Part shown: positions 35,427 through 45,726 of the stretch, in pieces
How positions within the stretch are numbered: position 1 is the first letter of the stretch
Layout: every line of letters begins with the position of its first letter
Assembly (NCBI GenBank): GCA_963790205.1
Contig: CAWBNQ010000012.1
Location: 1-50,209, forward strand
DNA: 50,209 nt
Source of the DNA: Nitrospirota bacterium
GTDB lineage: Bacteria > Nitrospirota > UBA9217
Direction of reading: 5' to 3'
Translations under genes and position numbers: made by a program
The notes under the pieces: model-generated
Database searches by the model: none
Told to the model about the DNA's origin: nothing
The model's input: only the letters and a program-made list of their open reading frames with translations

Positions 35427-35867
35427 TTACTGCATCTTCCAGCTTTCAATGTCCGCGTTATTGCCCTCGCCGCCGGGCTCATTGTCCGCGCCGTAGGAAA
35501 TGATGTCATACTCCCTGCCCTCGTTCCCGGGCGAGAGATAGACGAAATCCTTGCCCCAGGGGTCCTTCGGGATGCGCGCCGGCTTGAGGTACCCGCCCTC
35601 ACGCCACTTGTCGGGGATGCGGCCGGTCTCCGGCTTTTTGATCAACGCGTCGAGTCCCTGGTCCGTGGTCGGGTAGAAACCGTTATCGAGCTTGAAAGCG
35701 TCCAACGCGTCCTCAAGCGATCGGATCTGCACCTTTGTCGCCTCGACCTTTGCTTTTTCCTCCTGGCCCAGGATCCTGGGCAACACGATGCCTGCGAGCA
35801 GGCCGAGGATAATGACCACGACCATGATCTCGATGAGGGTAAAACCTTTCTGATTGCTTCTTTTCAT
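35427..35867 (-). CDS. gspG: Major pseudopilin G
   Basis: G|FTLIEIMVV, LDNGFYPTTDQGL, PKDPWG, SYGAD.EPGGEG. Confidence 0.97.
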   Translation of the reverse strand: MKRSNQKGFTLIEIMVVVIILGLLAGIVLPRILGQEEKAKVEATKVQIRSLEDALDAFKLDNGFYPTTDQGLDALIKKPETGRIPDKWREGGYLKPARIPKDPWGKDFVYLSPGNEGREYDIISYGADNEPGGEGNNADIESWKMQ

Positions 35868-35902
35868 AGTTACTCCTTTATGCTGATTTCCAAAGGGGGT
35901 TT

Positions 35903-35930
35903 TTCTTACTTCTTACTCCTTACTTTTCAT
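35903..35930. repeat. Tandem 7-mer array x4
   Basis: ttcttac ttcttac tccttac ttttcat. Confidence 0.6.
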
Positions 35931-35941
35931 TCGTGACGGCC

Positions 35942-37159
35942 TCACCTCACCCCCGTGCTCATCTGGAGGATCGGCAGCAGGATGGCGACGACGATGAAGC
36001 CGACGACCAGCCCCATGACCAGGATGATCACGGGTTCGAGCAGCGACATAAGCGCCGTGATGCGGGTCTCTACGGTGCGGTCAAAAGAGTCGGATATCTT
36101 GAGCAGCATCTTCTCGAGCTCGCCGCTCTTCTCGCCCACGGCCACCATCTGGACGACCACGGGCGGGAACAGGCCGCTCCTTCGGAGCGGATCGGCGATC
36201 GGTTCGCCCTCGCGCACGTTCTCGCGCGCCTTCTGTATGGCGTCGGCGAGCACGGTGTTCCCGACGACGCTCCTCACGATATCGAGCGCCGTAAGCGTCG
36301 GCACGCCGCTTTGCAGGAGCGTGCCGAGCGTCCTCGTGAAGCGCGATATGGCGATCATCCTGATGAGGCCCCCGAACACCGGCAGCCGCAGCAGCCGCGC
36401 GTCGAGCCAGGCCTTGCCCGCGGCCGTCGAAAAGTACCTTCTCAGATAGTAAACGATACCGGCCAGCGCGATCAGGATCGCCCACCAGAGGGTCGAGAGG
36501 AATTTTACCACCCACAGCAACGCAAGGGTGATGAAAGGGAGCTGCTGTTTCATGTCCTCGAACATGCCGACGACGCGCGGCATCACGAAGGCAAAGAGAA
36601 AGAAAAGCACGCCGACGCCGATCACCGTCATGAGCGCCGGGTACGCCAGGGCCGCCGCGAACCTGCCGCGGAACCGCACCTGCTCGTCGAGAAAATCAGC
36701 CAGCCGGCCGAGCGTGATCTCGAGCGTGCCGCTCGCCTCGCCCGCGGTGACCATGTTCATGTAAAGCTGCGAAAAGACCTTGGGGTTCGCCTTGAGCGCG
36801 TCCGCGAGCGAGGCGCCTTCGCGCACCGCGTCGCGCAACGACGAGAGCGCGGACTTGAGGGCCGGCGTCTCTTCCTGCTCCACAAGCACCGTGAGAGCGT
36901 CCATGAGCGGAAGGCCGGACGAGAGCAGCGTGGCAAGCTGGCGCGTAGCGTTCGCCAGGTCGCCGAGCCTCACCCTGCCGCTGGCAAGCCTGAACTCCCG
37001 CGACCCGCGCGCGCGCAGCCCGCCGCCCTCGCGGATTTCGAGCACAACGATCCCGTCTTTTTTCAGCTTTGCCCGGACCGCCTTCAGGCCCTCGCCATCC
37101 TGCACGCCGGAGACCTGCTTGCCCTGGCTGGTAACGCCTTTATATTCGTAGACAGGCAT
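35942..37159 (-). CDS. gspF: Type II secretion inner membrane platform protein F
   Basis: TRQLATLLSSGLPL, GEASGTL, GEKSGEL, LLEP. Confidence 0.97.
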   Translation of the reverse strand: MPVYEYKGVTSQGKQVSGVQDGEGLKAVRAKLKKDGIVVLEIREGGGLRARGSREFRLASGRVRLGDLANATRQLATLLSSGLPLMDALTVLVEQEETPALKSALSSLRDAVREGASLADALKANPKVFSQLYMNMVTAGEASGTLEITLGRLADFLDEQVRFRGRFAAALAYPALMTVIGVGVLFFLFAFVMPRVVGMFEDMKQQLPFITLALLWVVKFLSTLWWAILIALAGIVYYLRRYFSTAAGKAWLDARLLRLPVFGGLIRMIAISRFTRTLGTLLQSGVPTLTALDIVRSVVGNTVLADAIQKARENVREGEPIADPLRRSGLFPPVVVQMVAVGEKSGELEKMLLKISDSFDRTVETRITALMSLLEPVIILVMGLVVGFIVVAILLPILQMSTGVR

Positions 37160-37193
37160 AGTTCCTAAATGAAAAAACCACAGAGATGATGAA

Positions 37194-37247
37194 GCAGGCT
37201 GAGGTCGAGGTTAAGGTTTAGATTCCCTCAACCTCATCCTCAACCTT
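37194..37247. repeat. 6-mer inverted arrays between gspE and gspF
   Basis: gctgag/gtcgag/gttaag ... ctcaac/ctcatc/ctcaac; same family as 31353. Confidence 0.7.
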
Positions 37248-37262
37248 CGGTCTTAGATGCTC

Positions 37263-38948
37263 TTACACTTCCCTCTGCGTCACGCGCACGACCTCCTCGA
37301 CGGTGGTGATGCCCTGGAGTATTTTTTCCGCCCCGTCCTGGCGGAGCGTGCGCATGCCCCCCGCCACGGCCGCGGCCTTGATCGTGGACGCGTCGGTATT
37401 TTTCATGAGGAGCTGGCGGATCTCGTCATCCACCAGCAGGAGCTCGTAGATCGCCTTGCGGCCGAGATATCCCGTGTGGAAGCAGGTCTCGCAGCCCTTT
37501 GCCCGGTACACCGTCGTTCCCGCGGCCGCGGTCCTGGTCTCGAGTTCCGCGATCTCGGCCGGCGTGATCGGATAAGGCTCCCGGCACTCCGTGCAGAGCA
37601 CGCGCACAAGCCGCTGCGCCAGGATCGCCATCACGGACGAGGAGATCAAAAAGGGCTCGATCTTCATGTCGATCAATCGTGTCACGGCGCCGGCGGCGTC
37701 GTTCGTATGGAGCGTGGAGAACACGAGATGCCCGGTCAGGGCCGCCTGGATCGCGATCTCGGCGGTCTCGGAGTCGCGGATCTCGCCGACGAGGATCACG
37801 TCCGGGTCCTGCCGGAGCACGGAGCGCAGTCCCGCCGCGAAGGTGAGGTTGATCTTGGGGTTCACCTGGATCTGGCCGATGCCCTTGAGCTGGTACTCGA
37901 TCGGGTCTTCGATGGTGATGATGTTCTTGTCCGGCGAGTTGATCTTCGAGAGCGCCGCGTAGAGCGTCGTGGTCTTGCCGCTCCCCGTCGGGCCGGTCAC
38001 GAGGATGATCCCGTGCGGCCGGGTGATGAGGTCGTTGAACCGGCCGAGGTTGTCGCCGGAGAACCCGATCTGTTCGAGGGGCAGGAGCGCGCTCTCCCGG
38101 TAGAGGAGCCGGAGCACGATGCGCTCGCCGAAGCCCGTGGGCACGATCGAAACGCGGATATCGACGTCCTTGCCGCCGATCTTGATGCGCATGCCGCCGT
38201 CCTGCGGGAGCCGTTTCTCGGCGATGTTCAGGCCGGACATGATCTTGACGCGCGAGGCGATGCAGGCCTGGTACCGCTTCTGGATGGTGAGGATGTTGTA
38301 GAGGATGCCGTCGATGCGGAACCGGGCGATCACGTCCTTCTCGAAGGGCTCGATGTGGATGTCGCTCGCGCGCTCGCGGATGGCCTGCGACAGGAGCGAG
38401 TTCACAAGCCGGATGATCGGGGCGTCGTCGGTGACTTCGAGCAGGTCGGTCGGTTCTTCGAGCTCGGCGGCAAGGAACGAGAGGTCGTCCTCTTCCATCT
38501 CCTGGACCGTGTCCTCGGCCTTGTTCATGTCCTCGCTGTGGAGGCGGTTGACGGTATCGAGGATCTTTTCGGATGACGCGAGGACGAGCGTGATATCGGC
38601 GCCGAAGAGCATACGCAGATCGTCGACGGTAGTAAGGATGAGCGGTTCGGACGTGGCGGCAAGGACCGTGCCGTTCTCCCGCCGGAGCGGGAGCACCATT
38701 GCTTTTTTTGCGTAGGTGATCGGCAGTTTGAGCGCCTGTTCCCGGTCGATATCGCCGAAGTCGGAACGATAGGCCAGGCCGAGCTGCGCGCCGAGGGCCT
38801 TGAGCACGTCCTCTTCGGTCACGAAGTTGAGCCGGGCCAGGAGCGTGCCGATGCGGCCCCCCCGTTTTTTCTGGAGCTCGAGCGCCTTTTTGAGCCTCTC
38901 CGGGGAAAGCCCTGACTCGATGAGTATCTCACCGATCAGGCGTCTCAC
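37263..38948 (-). CDS. gspE: Type II secretion ATPase E
   Basis: GPTGSGKTTT, LRQDPD.ILVGEIRD, TGHLVFSTLH, tetracysteine motif. Confidence 0.97.
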   Translation of the reverse strand: MRRLIGEILIESGLSPERLKKALELQKKRGGRIGTLLARLNFVTEEDVLKALGAQLGLAYRSDFGDIDREQALKLPITYAKKAMVLPLRRENGTVLAATSEPLILTTVDDLRMLFGADITLVLASSEKILDTVNRLHSEDMNKAEDTVQEMEEDDLSFLAAELEEPTDLLEVTDDAPIIRLVNSLLSQAIRERASDIHIEPFEKDVIARFRIDGILYNILTIQKRYQACIASRVKIMSGLNIAEKRLPQDGGMRIKIGGKDVDIRVSIVPTGFGERIVLRLLYRESALLPLEQIGFSGDNLGRFNDLITRPHGIILVTGPTGSGKTTTLYAALSKINSPDKNIITIEDPIEYQLKGIGQIQVNPKINLTFAAGLRSVLRQDPDVILVGEIRDSETAEIAIQAALTGHLVFSTLHTNDAAGAVTRLIDMKIEPFLISSSVMAILAQRLVRVLCTECREPYPITPAEIAELETRTAAAGTTVYRAKGCETCFHTGYLGRKAIYELLLVDDEIRQLLMKNTDASTIKAAAVAGGMRTLRQDGAEKILQGITTVEEVVRVTQREV

Positions 38949-40954
38949 CGCACGACCTCCCCGGGAGCAGGCTGCGCCGTGCCGGTGGGCGCGGACTGCA
39001 TGATGACAGCGCTCCCCGTGGGGGCCGTCTGCAACACAGAAGCAGGCTGCGCCGTACCGGTGGGCGCGGACTGCACGACTGCTGCGCTCCCTGTCGGTGC
39101 GGTCTGCAGCGCGGGAGCAGCCGCCCCCTCCGGCTCAACGGCGCCGGTCTTGTGCTCGGGCTCCTTCTGTTGGGACGGGGCCGGGGGCGTGGAAATGACC
39201 GGCTCCGCCCTCTTTTTTCTCGATGCGGTACTCCTTGCGGAATTCTTCGAGCGCGTCGCCCTTCTTTTTTGTAATTTCCGAAGCCTCGGTCTCGTTCTTG
39301 ATGATATAGGGGGTGATAAAGATCATAAGGTTCGTCTTCTCGATCTGGGTCGTCTTGAACTTGAAGAGCCAGCCCAGGATGCGGGATGTCTCCCAGGAAC
39401 GGCACCTTCGAGGTCTGAAGAAGTCACGTTGTCGCGGATAAGGCCGCCGATCACCATGGTCTGACCGTCCTTGACCACGACGGTGGTGTTCGCCGAACGC
39501 TTGCTCGTGCTGGGGCCCACGATGTTGGGGTTCAGCCCCGGTGTGACCGTAATGTCCGATATTTCCTGCTTGATCTGCAGCCGAACGTTGTCATCCGAGG
39601 TGATCTGGGGCGTGATCTGGAGTTTGATGCCCACGTCCTGCCGATCGACAGATGTGAGGATGGAGCTTCCGCCCGTGGCCGCGGACTGGCTCTGGCCCGT
39701 GATGAAGGGAATGTTCTCGCCCACCATGATCTCGGCCTTCTGGTTGTCCGTGGTCAGGATGTTCGGCGTCGAAAGCACGTTCACGTCGCCGTCGGTCTGG
39801 AGCGCGTGAAGCAACGCGCCGATGTTCAGGTACTCGACCCCCTTGAACGTAAAGGTGCCTTTCACCGCGCCCACATTCAAACCGGTCAGCGACGCCAGGC
39901 CTGCCGGTCCGTTCGCCACCGCGTTTCCGATGTTGCCGAAGTTCGTGCCCCCGATGGTTTTCATCTGGTTGCTGGTCTCGAGATTGTTGAGATTGGCCGC
40001 CTGGAACTCGAAACCGAGCTCGCGCTGCTTGGACAGGCTCATCTCGATGATCGCCGCTTCTACGTAGACCTGGCGCCGCCGGATATCGAGTTTCTGGATC
40101 ACGTCCTTGATGGTCTCGTAGTCGCCCGGCGAAGCGACGATGATGAGCGAGTTGGTGGCCTTGTCCGAGGTGATGGTGACCTGCCCCTCGAGGATCGTTG
40201 ACGGGCCGGCCGGCTGGGCCATGCCCCCCGCCGGCGGGACCGGCAGGCGTGACACGAGCGCCGACATCACCTTGGCGAAGTCCTCGGAGTTCGCGTTCTT
40301 GAGGTAATAGACGTTGATCTTGCCCTTGCCCTCGGGCGCGGGAATATCGAGCGCGCGGATGAGGCTTTCAATCTTTTTGATGTTATACACCGCATCGGTA
40401 ACGATAAGCGAGTTCGTGGCGGGATAGGCGATCAGGGAACCGTCCCTGCTCATGAGCGGCGTCAGCGTACGGACGATTTCATTGGGATTGACATACGTCA
40501 GCCGGACCAGCTTGGTCACGAAACCCTGGTCCTTGAACTCATCGTCCTTGAAAACCTTGAGACCGCTCTGCCGGGCGGTGGCGGCGGGAATGATCCGGAT
40601 GACCTTCCCGTCCTCAACCGCGGTAAAACCCTTGATCTCGAGCGCCGAGAGGAACACCTGATAGGCCTCGTCCGGCGTGATCTTCGTCGGGGTCATGAGC
40701 GTCACCTTTCCGACAACGCGCTCATCGAGAATGAAGTTCTTGCGGGTCAGTTCGCTCATCACCTTGACGAGGGCGGCGATGTCGATATTCGTAAAGTTCA
40801 AGGTGACGTAATCGTCACCGGCTCTTATTTTCTGAAGGTTGATCTGCCCGGAAGGAGTGCCGGAGGGGGCGGAAGCAAGGGGCGTTGGCTCTTCGGCATA
40901 CAGGACATGGGCGGTGACAAGCCCCAAAAGCAGCAGGGCCGCTGTTTTTTTCAC
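38945..40954 (-). CDS. gspD: Type II secretion secretin D (three +1 frameshifts as sequenced; about 668 aa corrected)
   Basis: GTG start after GGAGG; N0-N domains and secretin domain; removing one base at ~39415, ~39381 and 39213-39218 gives SKVPFLGDIPILGWLFK...LMIFITP...VVR* with the stop overlapping the gspE start. Confidence 0.9.
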
Positions 40955-41001
40955 TATGAGCCTCCGGGAAATGAATACGCCACAGGAACGCGAAGATAAT
41001 T

Positions 41002-41140
41002 CAAATTCTAAATCCGAAACTCGAAATACTAAACAATACCGGATAGCCAAATCCTGAATTTAAAACCTCTGTGTATATTATTGTTTAGAGTTTAGGGCTT
41101 CGTGCTTAGGATTTATTTACTCCTCCGTGTCTCTGTGGCT
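41002..41140. repeat. 7-mer inverted arrays plus a ctccgtgtctctgtgg unit between gspC and gspD
   Basis: aaattct/aaatccg/aaactcg/aaatact ... agtttag/ggcttcg/tgcttag/gattt. Confidence 0.7.
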
Positions 41141-41144
41141 GGAT

Positions 41145-41976
41145 TTAACGAATTTCGTAGTTCAGGGTCTGCTTCTGGCCGCCCCGGAGCAGGTCGATGG
41201 AGACGTTGTGCTCCTCTTTCAGGTTCTGGTACATCTGGAAGAACTTGGCCGGGTCGTCCACGTCCTGGGAGTTGACCTTCTGGATCACGTCGCCGTTCTG
41301 CAGCCCTATCTTTCTCATACAGGCTCCCGGGAACGATCTCGCTGATGCGGAAGCCGACGGTCTTCCCCTGTTCCATGTACGGCAGCGCCCGCGCCTGGGT
41401 CAGGAGCTGGTTGATGTTCTCGGTGCCCGCCGAGACCTCGCGCTGGTCAACCAGGAATTTGCCGTCCCCGAGGCTCCTCACCCCCGCGCCGGTTCTCGCT
41501 ACGCTCACGATCTTTGTCTCGTCAACAACCTCGAGTTCCGCTGTTCCGCCGTCGGCCCGCCGGAGCGTGATGCGGTCGCGCCGCACCTTGACGAGCTGCG
41601 ATCCGTCAGGAAGCTTCTCGTGCAGACGGTAGAACACCTGCCCGGTCGTGTCCTCGAGCACGGCGCCCGAGAAAACGCCGCCTTCGACGGTGCCGATGAG
41701 CTTGTATACCGAAGTTTCGGCCGCCGGAGCGCTGGACGGTCCTTTGCCGTCGCCGAACAGGCCGCGCTCCAGGACCGAGGCATAATCGCTGAGCTCGCGC
41801 CGGGGCTCAATGGCGGTCAGGTCGCGTTCGAGCGGCGTGGTGAACCGCGGCGCCGCGTCCAGACTGCGTCCGATCAGGGCATCCGCCGTATCGGCCAGAA
41901 AATAGGCGGACACGGTAAGAAGCGCCACAAGGACAAGCGTATAGGCTTTTCTGTTTTCCTTCATAAATGAGACCAT
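41145..41976 (-). CDS. gspC: Type II secretion protein C with a PDZ domain (one +1 frameshift at 41311-41313; about 276 aa corrected)
   Basis: TM, HR domain (LIGTVEG), then after correction YEKIGLQNGDVIQKVN...LLRGGQKQTLNYEIR*. Confidence 0.88.
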
Positions 41977-42012
41977 AGTGCGGGCCGGTAACTCTCACAA
42001 CCCGCCTTTTAT

Positions 42013-42041
42013 AATATACTCTCTATGATATTCCTTGTCAA
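42013..42041 (-). promoter_or_regulatory. sigma70 promoter of the T2SS operon
   Basis: TTGACA-17 nt-TATATT. Confidence 0.7.
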
Positions 42042-42180
42042 TTACTGACTGCCGTGCCCATGAATAACGATCAGCGGGCTTCGCCGCTCGCCGAACGGGC
42101 CGGACAGATGCCGGTCGCCTGCGCGGGACCGTGTCCCCGCCTCCTGCCTTGAAAATATCGGTCCGGAGCATCGCAGAGGC

Positions 42181-42213
42181 AAAAAAAAGAAGGCGGGATT
42201 TCTCCCGCCTTCT
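42181..42213 (-). terminator. Intrinsic terminator after the Gly-rich lipoprotein
   Basis: AGAAGGCGGGA-gaaa-TCCCGCCTTCT followed by a T run. Confidence 0.9.
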
Positions 42214-42245
42214 GAATTGAGATTGTTTTTTATTTGCTTTCAGCG

Positions 42246-44639
42246 CTACTTTTTCTGCACCCAATCGATCCAGATCTGGCCATTGGTCCCGACAGCGCCG
42301 GCGCCGGCGCCCTTAGCCACGCTGAGGGTCCCGCTGTTCGAGGTGCCGCCCGACTCGCTCATGATGTCGATGCCTCCTCCGTTGCCGTTCAAGGTAGAAC
42401 CGGCGCCGCCATTACAAATGATGGGCCCGGTGTTCGTCACCTTGCCGCCCGCGTCGAGCTGGACCCACTCGCCGAAGGGCGTGCTGCCCCACGATGAACC
42501 GTTGCCGCCAGTGGCGCCGCTTCCACCGGTGGTATTGATCTGGCCGGAATTGACGATATTCAGGCTCGCGTAGAGCCAGACGCCTCCAGACGCCCCGGTG
42601 CCGCCCGTAGCGCCGACCCCGTTGCCGCCCTTAGCGAAAATAGAGCCGGAGTTCGTGAAACCGTCATGGCCATAGAGGTATATCTCGCCTGCATTGCCGC
42701 CGTTACCCGCGGCGCCATTGCCGCCTGAGGAGTCGAGAACACCGGCGTTGGTCACGGTCGAAATGGCGTTCGTGCCGGTACCATAATAAGAAGCACTGGT
42801 ATACCACTCGAACCCGTAGTTGCCTCCGCCGCCCGCGCCGTTCGAGTCGCCGCCCTTGGCGATAATCTTTATCTGATTAAAGATGGGGCCCGGAGGTGCC
42901 GGCGTATAGCCATACCCGGAATAATCATTGTAGGTATAGATTTCGCTGCTCCATGATCCATTGCCATATGGCGCGCCGCCTGTAGTGGTTCCAAATCCGC
43001 CCGACAGGTTCGCGGACGCGTATCCGAGGAGCTGGATGCCCGTGTTGGATGCAGCGTCGCTGGATTCGGTCTGGTAGACATAGAAGGGCCCTGCAGCCCC
43101 GCCTGTGCCGCTGACGCTCGAGCCGCCGTTCAGGTAAATATTGCCCGAGACCTGGATCGGCCGAACAGGCAGGTACTCGCCGTATCCATAATCATAGGGG
43201 ACATAGTTTTCGAGGTATAACTCCCCGCCGCTAGTGCCGGCGTTGGAGCCCATTGAGTCTCCGCCGTTGGCCGAGAGCTTGCCGCTGGTCTTGATCGCGC
43301 CGTAGGCGTACATATAGATGTTCGACGGGCCTCCGCCAGAGCCGCTGACCGTGGCGCTGCCCGAGTCAACCGTGATGGGACCGGAATTGACGATGTCGCC
43401 GACATACCCGTTGGCCCCGGCATAGAGATAAACATAGCCGCCGTAGCCGCCGCCAGTGGTGCCGTTCCCGCCTGCCTGGGAAAGAGCCCCGGAATTAAAG
43501 ATGCTGCCGTATTCCGAATAAATGTTAATATCCCAGTAGCCGTTGCCGCCGGTGCCGTTTACGCCCTTGCCCCCGTTCGCAGAAATGGGCCCGGTATTGA
43601 ATACATCGGAGTAGACATAGATATAGGCTTCAGCCGGCTCGCCTCCGACGCTGCCATTCCCGCCGTTGGAGATAATTTTTCCTGTATTGACGAACACACC
43701 GCCGCCGGGCGAACTGGGGCCTGTTCCACCATTAACATAAATTTCTGTATATTGATAACCATTGTACGAAAGCACGCCGGCATAGCCGCCGACCGTGGTC
43801 GAGGAGGCGGTCTGGTCGAAACCGTTGCCGCCTGAGTTGTCCATGGTCCCCTGGTTTATAAAGTAATTGTTGGCAGAGATGTAAATCTCCCCGCCGTCGC
43901 CGCCGCGCTGGCCCCCTGATGTGCCGTTAAGGCCTTTGGTTATGATCGAGCCGGTCGATGAGATCATGACCTGCTGCGCTTCGATATAAAGGGCGCCCAT
44001 GTCGCGGGTAGTGCCGGTCGCGCCGTGACGGGCATCCGCGGTGCCGCCGCCGGTGGTCAAATCAGCCGTTTTCAAGGTGCCTGCGACCATAACATCGTTC
44101 GCGAAGACCAAATCGGCCTCATCATAAACGGTGTTTGAGTCCGAATCGGTATTGAGGCCCACGGTAAGGGTGGCGCCTGCGTTCACCTTCAGGCTTGTGC
44201 ATTCTTTTGCAGGATCCGTGACGCTCCCTGTGCCAGTGCCCTTGAACAGGTTGCCATAAGTTCCGACCACGTACAGCACCCCGGCACCCGGGTCGCTGGC
44301 CTGCCTGGAGACTACGATATTCCCCGACACGGTGCACGCGTTCGTGCCCGGATCAAATGTGGGATTGTAGCTCGGCACGGTAAATCCCGTTGCTGCTGTC
44401 CCGGCATTCATGAGCTTGACGCCCTGCTGCTGGTACGTTTCCATGTACCAATAGCCGCCATAGCCGCCCGTGGCGCCCTTGCCGCCCATCATATTGATCG
44501 TCCAGGCCCCCGACGAACCCGCTGTTTCGACGGTCGCGCCTGCCGCCGGGTTGCTGCCGCTGCTGCTGCCGCAGGCGGTGAGCAGACCCGCTGACAGCAA
44601 AACCACTACCAACAAACCGAGATACTTCTTCATGTTCAT
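42246..44639 (-). CDS. Large Gly/Asn/Ser/Tyr-rich repeat lipoprotein, 797 aa
   Basis: Signal peptide II with lipobox LTA|C; about 12 repeats of xNxGxIxxxGGxG; RBS AGGAGG; own terminator. Confidence 0.85.
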   Translation of the reverse strand: MNMKKYLGLLVVVLLSAGLLTACGSSSGSNPAAGATVETAGSSGAWTINMMGGKGATGGYGGYWYMETYQQQGVKLMNAGTAATGFTVPSYNPTFDPGTNACTVSGNIVVSRQASDPGAGVLYVVGTYGNLFKGTGTGSVTDPAKECTSLKVNAGATLTVGLNTDSDSNTVYDEADLVFANDVMVAGTLKTADLTTGGGTADARHGATGTTRDMGALYIEAQQVMISSTGSIITKGLNGTSGGQRGGDGGEIYISANNYFINQGTMDNSGGNGFDQTASSTTVGGYAGVLSYNGYQYTEIYVNGGTGPSSPGGGVFVNTGKIISNGGNGSVGGEPAEAYIYVYSDVFNTGPISANGGKGVNGTGGNGYWDINIYSEYGSIFNSGALSQAGGNGTTGGGYGGYVYLYAGANGYVGDIVNSGPITVDSGSATVSGSGGGPSNIYMYAYGAIKTSGKLSANGGDSMGSNAGTSGGELYLENYVPYDYGYGEYLPVRPIQVSGNIYLNGGSSVSGTGGAAGPFYVYQTESSDAASNTGIQLLGYASANLSGGFGTTTGGAPYGNGSWSSEIYTYNDYSGYGYTPAPPGPIFNQIKIIAKGGDSNGAGGGGNYGFEWYTSASYYGTGTNAISTVTNAGVLDSSGGNGAAGNGGNAGEIYLYGHDGFTNSGSIFAKGGNGVGATGGTGASGGVWLYASLNIVNSGQINTTGGSGATGGNGSSWGSTPFGEWVQLDAGGKVTNTGPIICNGGAGSTLNGNGGGIDIMSESGGTSNSGTLSVAKGAGAGAVGTNGQIWIDWVQKK

Positions 44640-45005
44640 GGCTTTCCCTCCTTTTTATTTTACTACGTGATGGATTTGCGCTTTAACAAGCGCGTTAGTT
44701 CGCCAACGGCTGCAAAAACATAATATGTGGATCGGACGCGCTTGAGGCGTCGTGAAGAAATTGAAAGGTTTTAGACAAGACATTTTCAGTATAGCTGACA
44801 TTTTTAAGTTTGGCAATTCTCGCGGAATATTCTTGGATAACAATGTAAGGCTTGGTAAATATTAAATAAAAGCATGTTGTTAAATAGATGCGGCAGGTTG
44901 TTATCGATAATGCTTGAAGCATTCAGGACAGGAAAAGAGTAGAAGGCGAACGGGGCATTTTAAAAGAATTGCAGACCCGGAATTGCATTTTCAGCGGCCG
45001 GATCC

Positions 45006-45674
45006 CTACCGCTGATGTTGCGGCTGTTGTTGCGGCGGCTGTTGTTGCGGCGGCTGTTGTTGCGGCTGTCCATGCGGGCGCTGCCCGTGCTGTGCCTGGT
45101 CCGCGCCCGACGCGGATCGGTTCGGCCCGGGGCCGGAATTCTGCCCGTCGGATCCGTCACCCTGATCGAAAGCTCCCCCGCCGGGGGGTGGATTGTGGCG
45201 GCGCGCCTTTGCCTCTTCCCGCGCAGCATCGATCGTCCCCGGCCCAAGGCCCCGCGGGCCCTGCCATGGCCGCTGCATGAAAGGAAGTTGCCGGGTTTCA
45301 GCGGCCGCCGATGGGGCAACCGGACTTGACAAGGGAGCGCCGGATGCCGAGGCGGCTTTCATATCGTGGATGATATACAATTCATAGCGTGTGCCGTCAG
45401 GCCGCCTGAGCACAATGCTGCCCCCTGAGACGGCGGTGATCTTCGAGCCGTCCGGCGCCGTATCATACAGGCGGTAAAACATCTGCTTCCCGGCGGCATC
45501 GATAAGCACGGCGCCGGAAAAATCCTTGCCCTCGATCGTCCCGATGAGACGGAAGGCCGGCGGCGCGATCGCTTCCTGAGCGACGGCCCTGAAGTCGGCC
45601 GGCGCCAAAGAAGTGAAAAGGCCAATGAGCACCAGTATCCAGGCTGTCTTGTTTTTTATCGAGGGGTAGTTCAT
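45006..45674 (-). CDS. GspC-like protein (TM + HR domain, no PDZ, Gln/Pro-rich tail)
   Basis: FRLIGTIEGKDFSGAVL...FYRLYDTAPDGSKI...IVLRRPDG aligns by eye with gspC YKLIGTVEGGVFSGAVL...FYRLHEKLPDGSQL...ITLRRADG. Confidence 0.75.
   Translation of the reverse strand: MNYPSIKNKTAWILVLIGLFTSLAPADFRAVAQEAIAPPAFRLIGTIEGKDFSGAVLIDAAGKQMFYRLYDTAPDGSKITAVSGGSIVLRRPDGTRYELYIIHDMKAASASGAPLSSPVAPSAAAETRQLPFMQRPWQGPRGLGPGTIDAAREEAKARRHNPPPGGGAFDQGDGSDGQNSGPGPNRSASGADQAQHGQRPHGQPQQQPPQQQPPQQQPQHQR
45016..45068. repeat. 15-bp coding tandem repeat (QQQPP)
   Basis: (ctgttgttgcggcgg)n. Confidence 0.8.
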
Positions 45675-45726
45675 CGGGACATAATTTCCGGAACTGTTGA
45701 AATTATACGTCCGGCTCTCTAAAACG

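Noticed and set aside
40955..41050. Repeat-derived N-terminal extension of GspD
   Set aside because: GGAGG RBS and a signal peptide point to GTG 40954, so the array is intergenic
29985..41976. Missing prepilin peptidase as a defect
   Set aside because: The peptidase is commonly shared with type IV pili and encoded elsewhere
44640..45000. Riboswitch or sigma54 promoter upstream of the lipoprotein
   Set aside because: No convincing GG-N10-GC spacing or known aptamer motif by eye; only a weak gacatttt direct repeat; an Rfam scan would be needed
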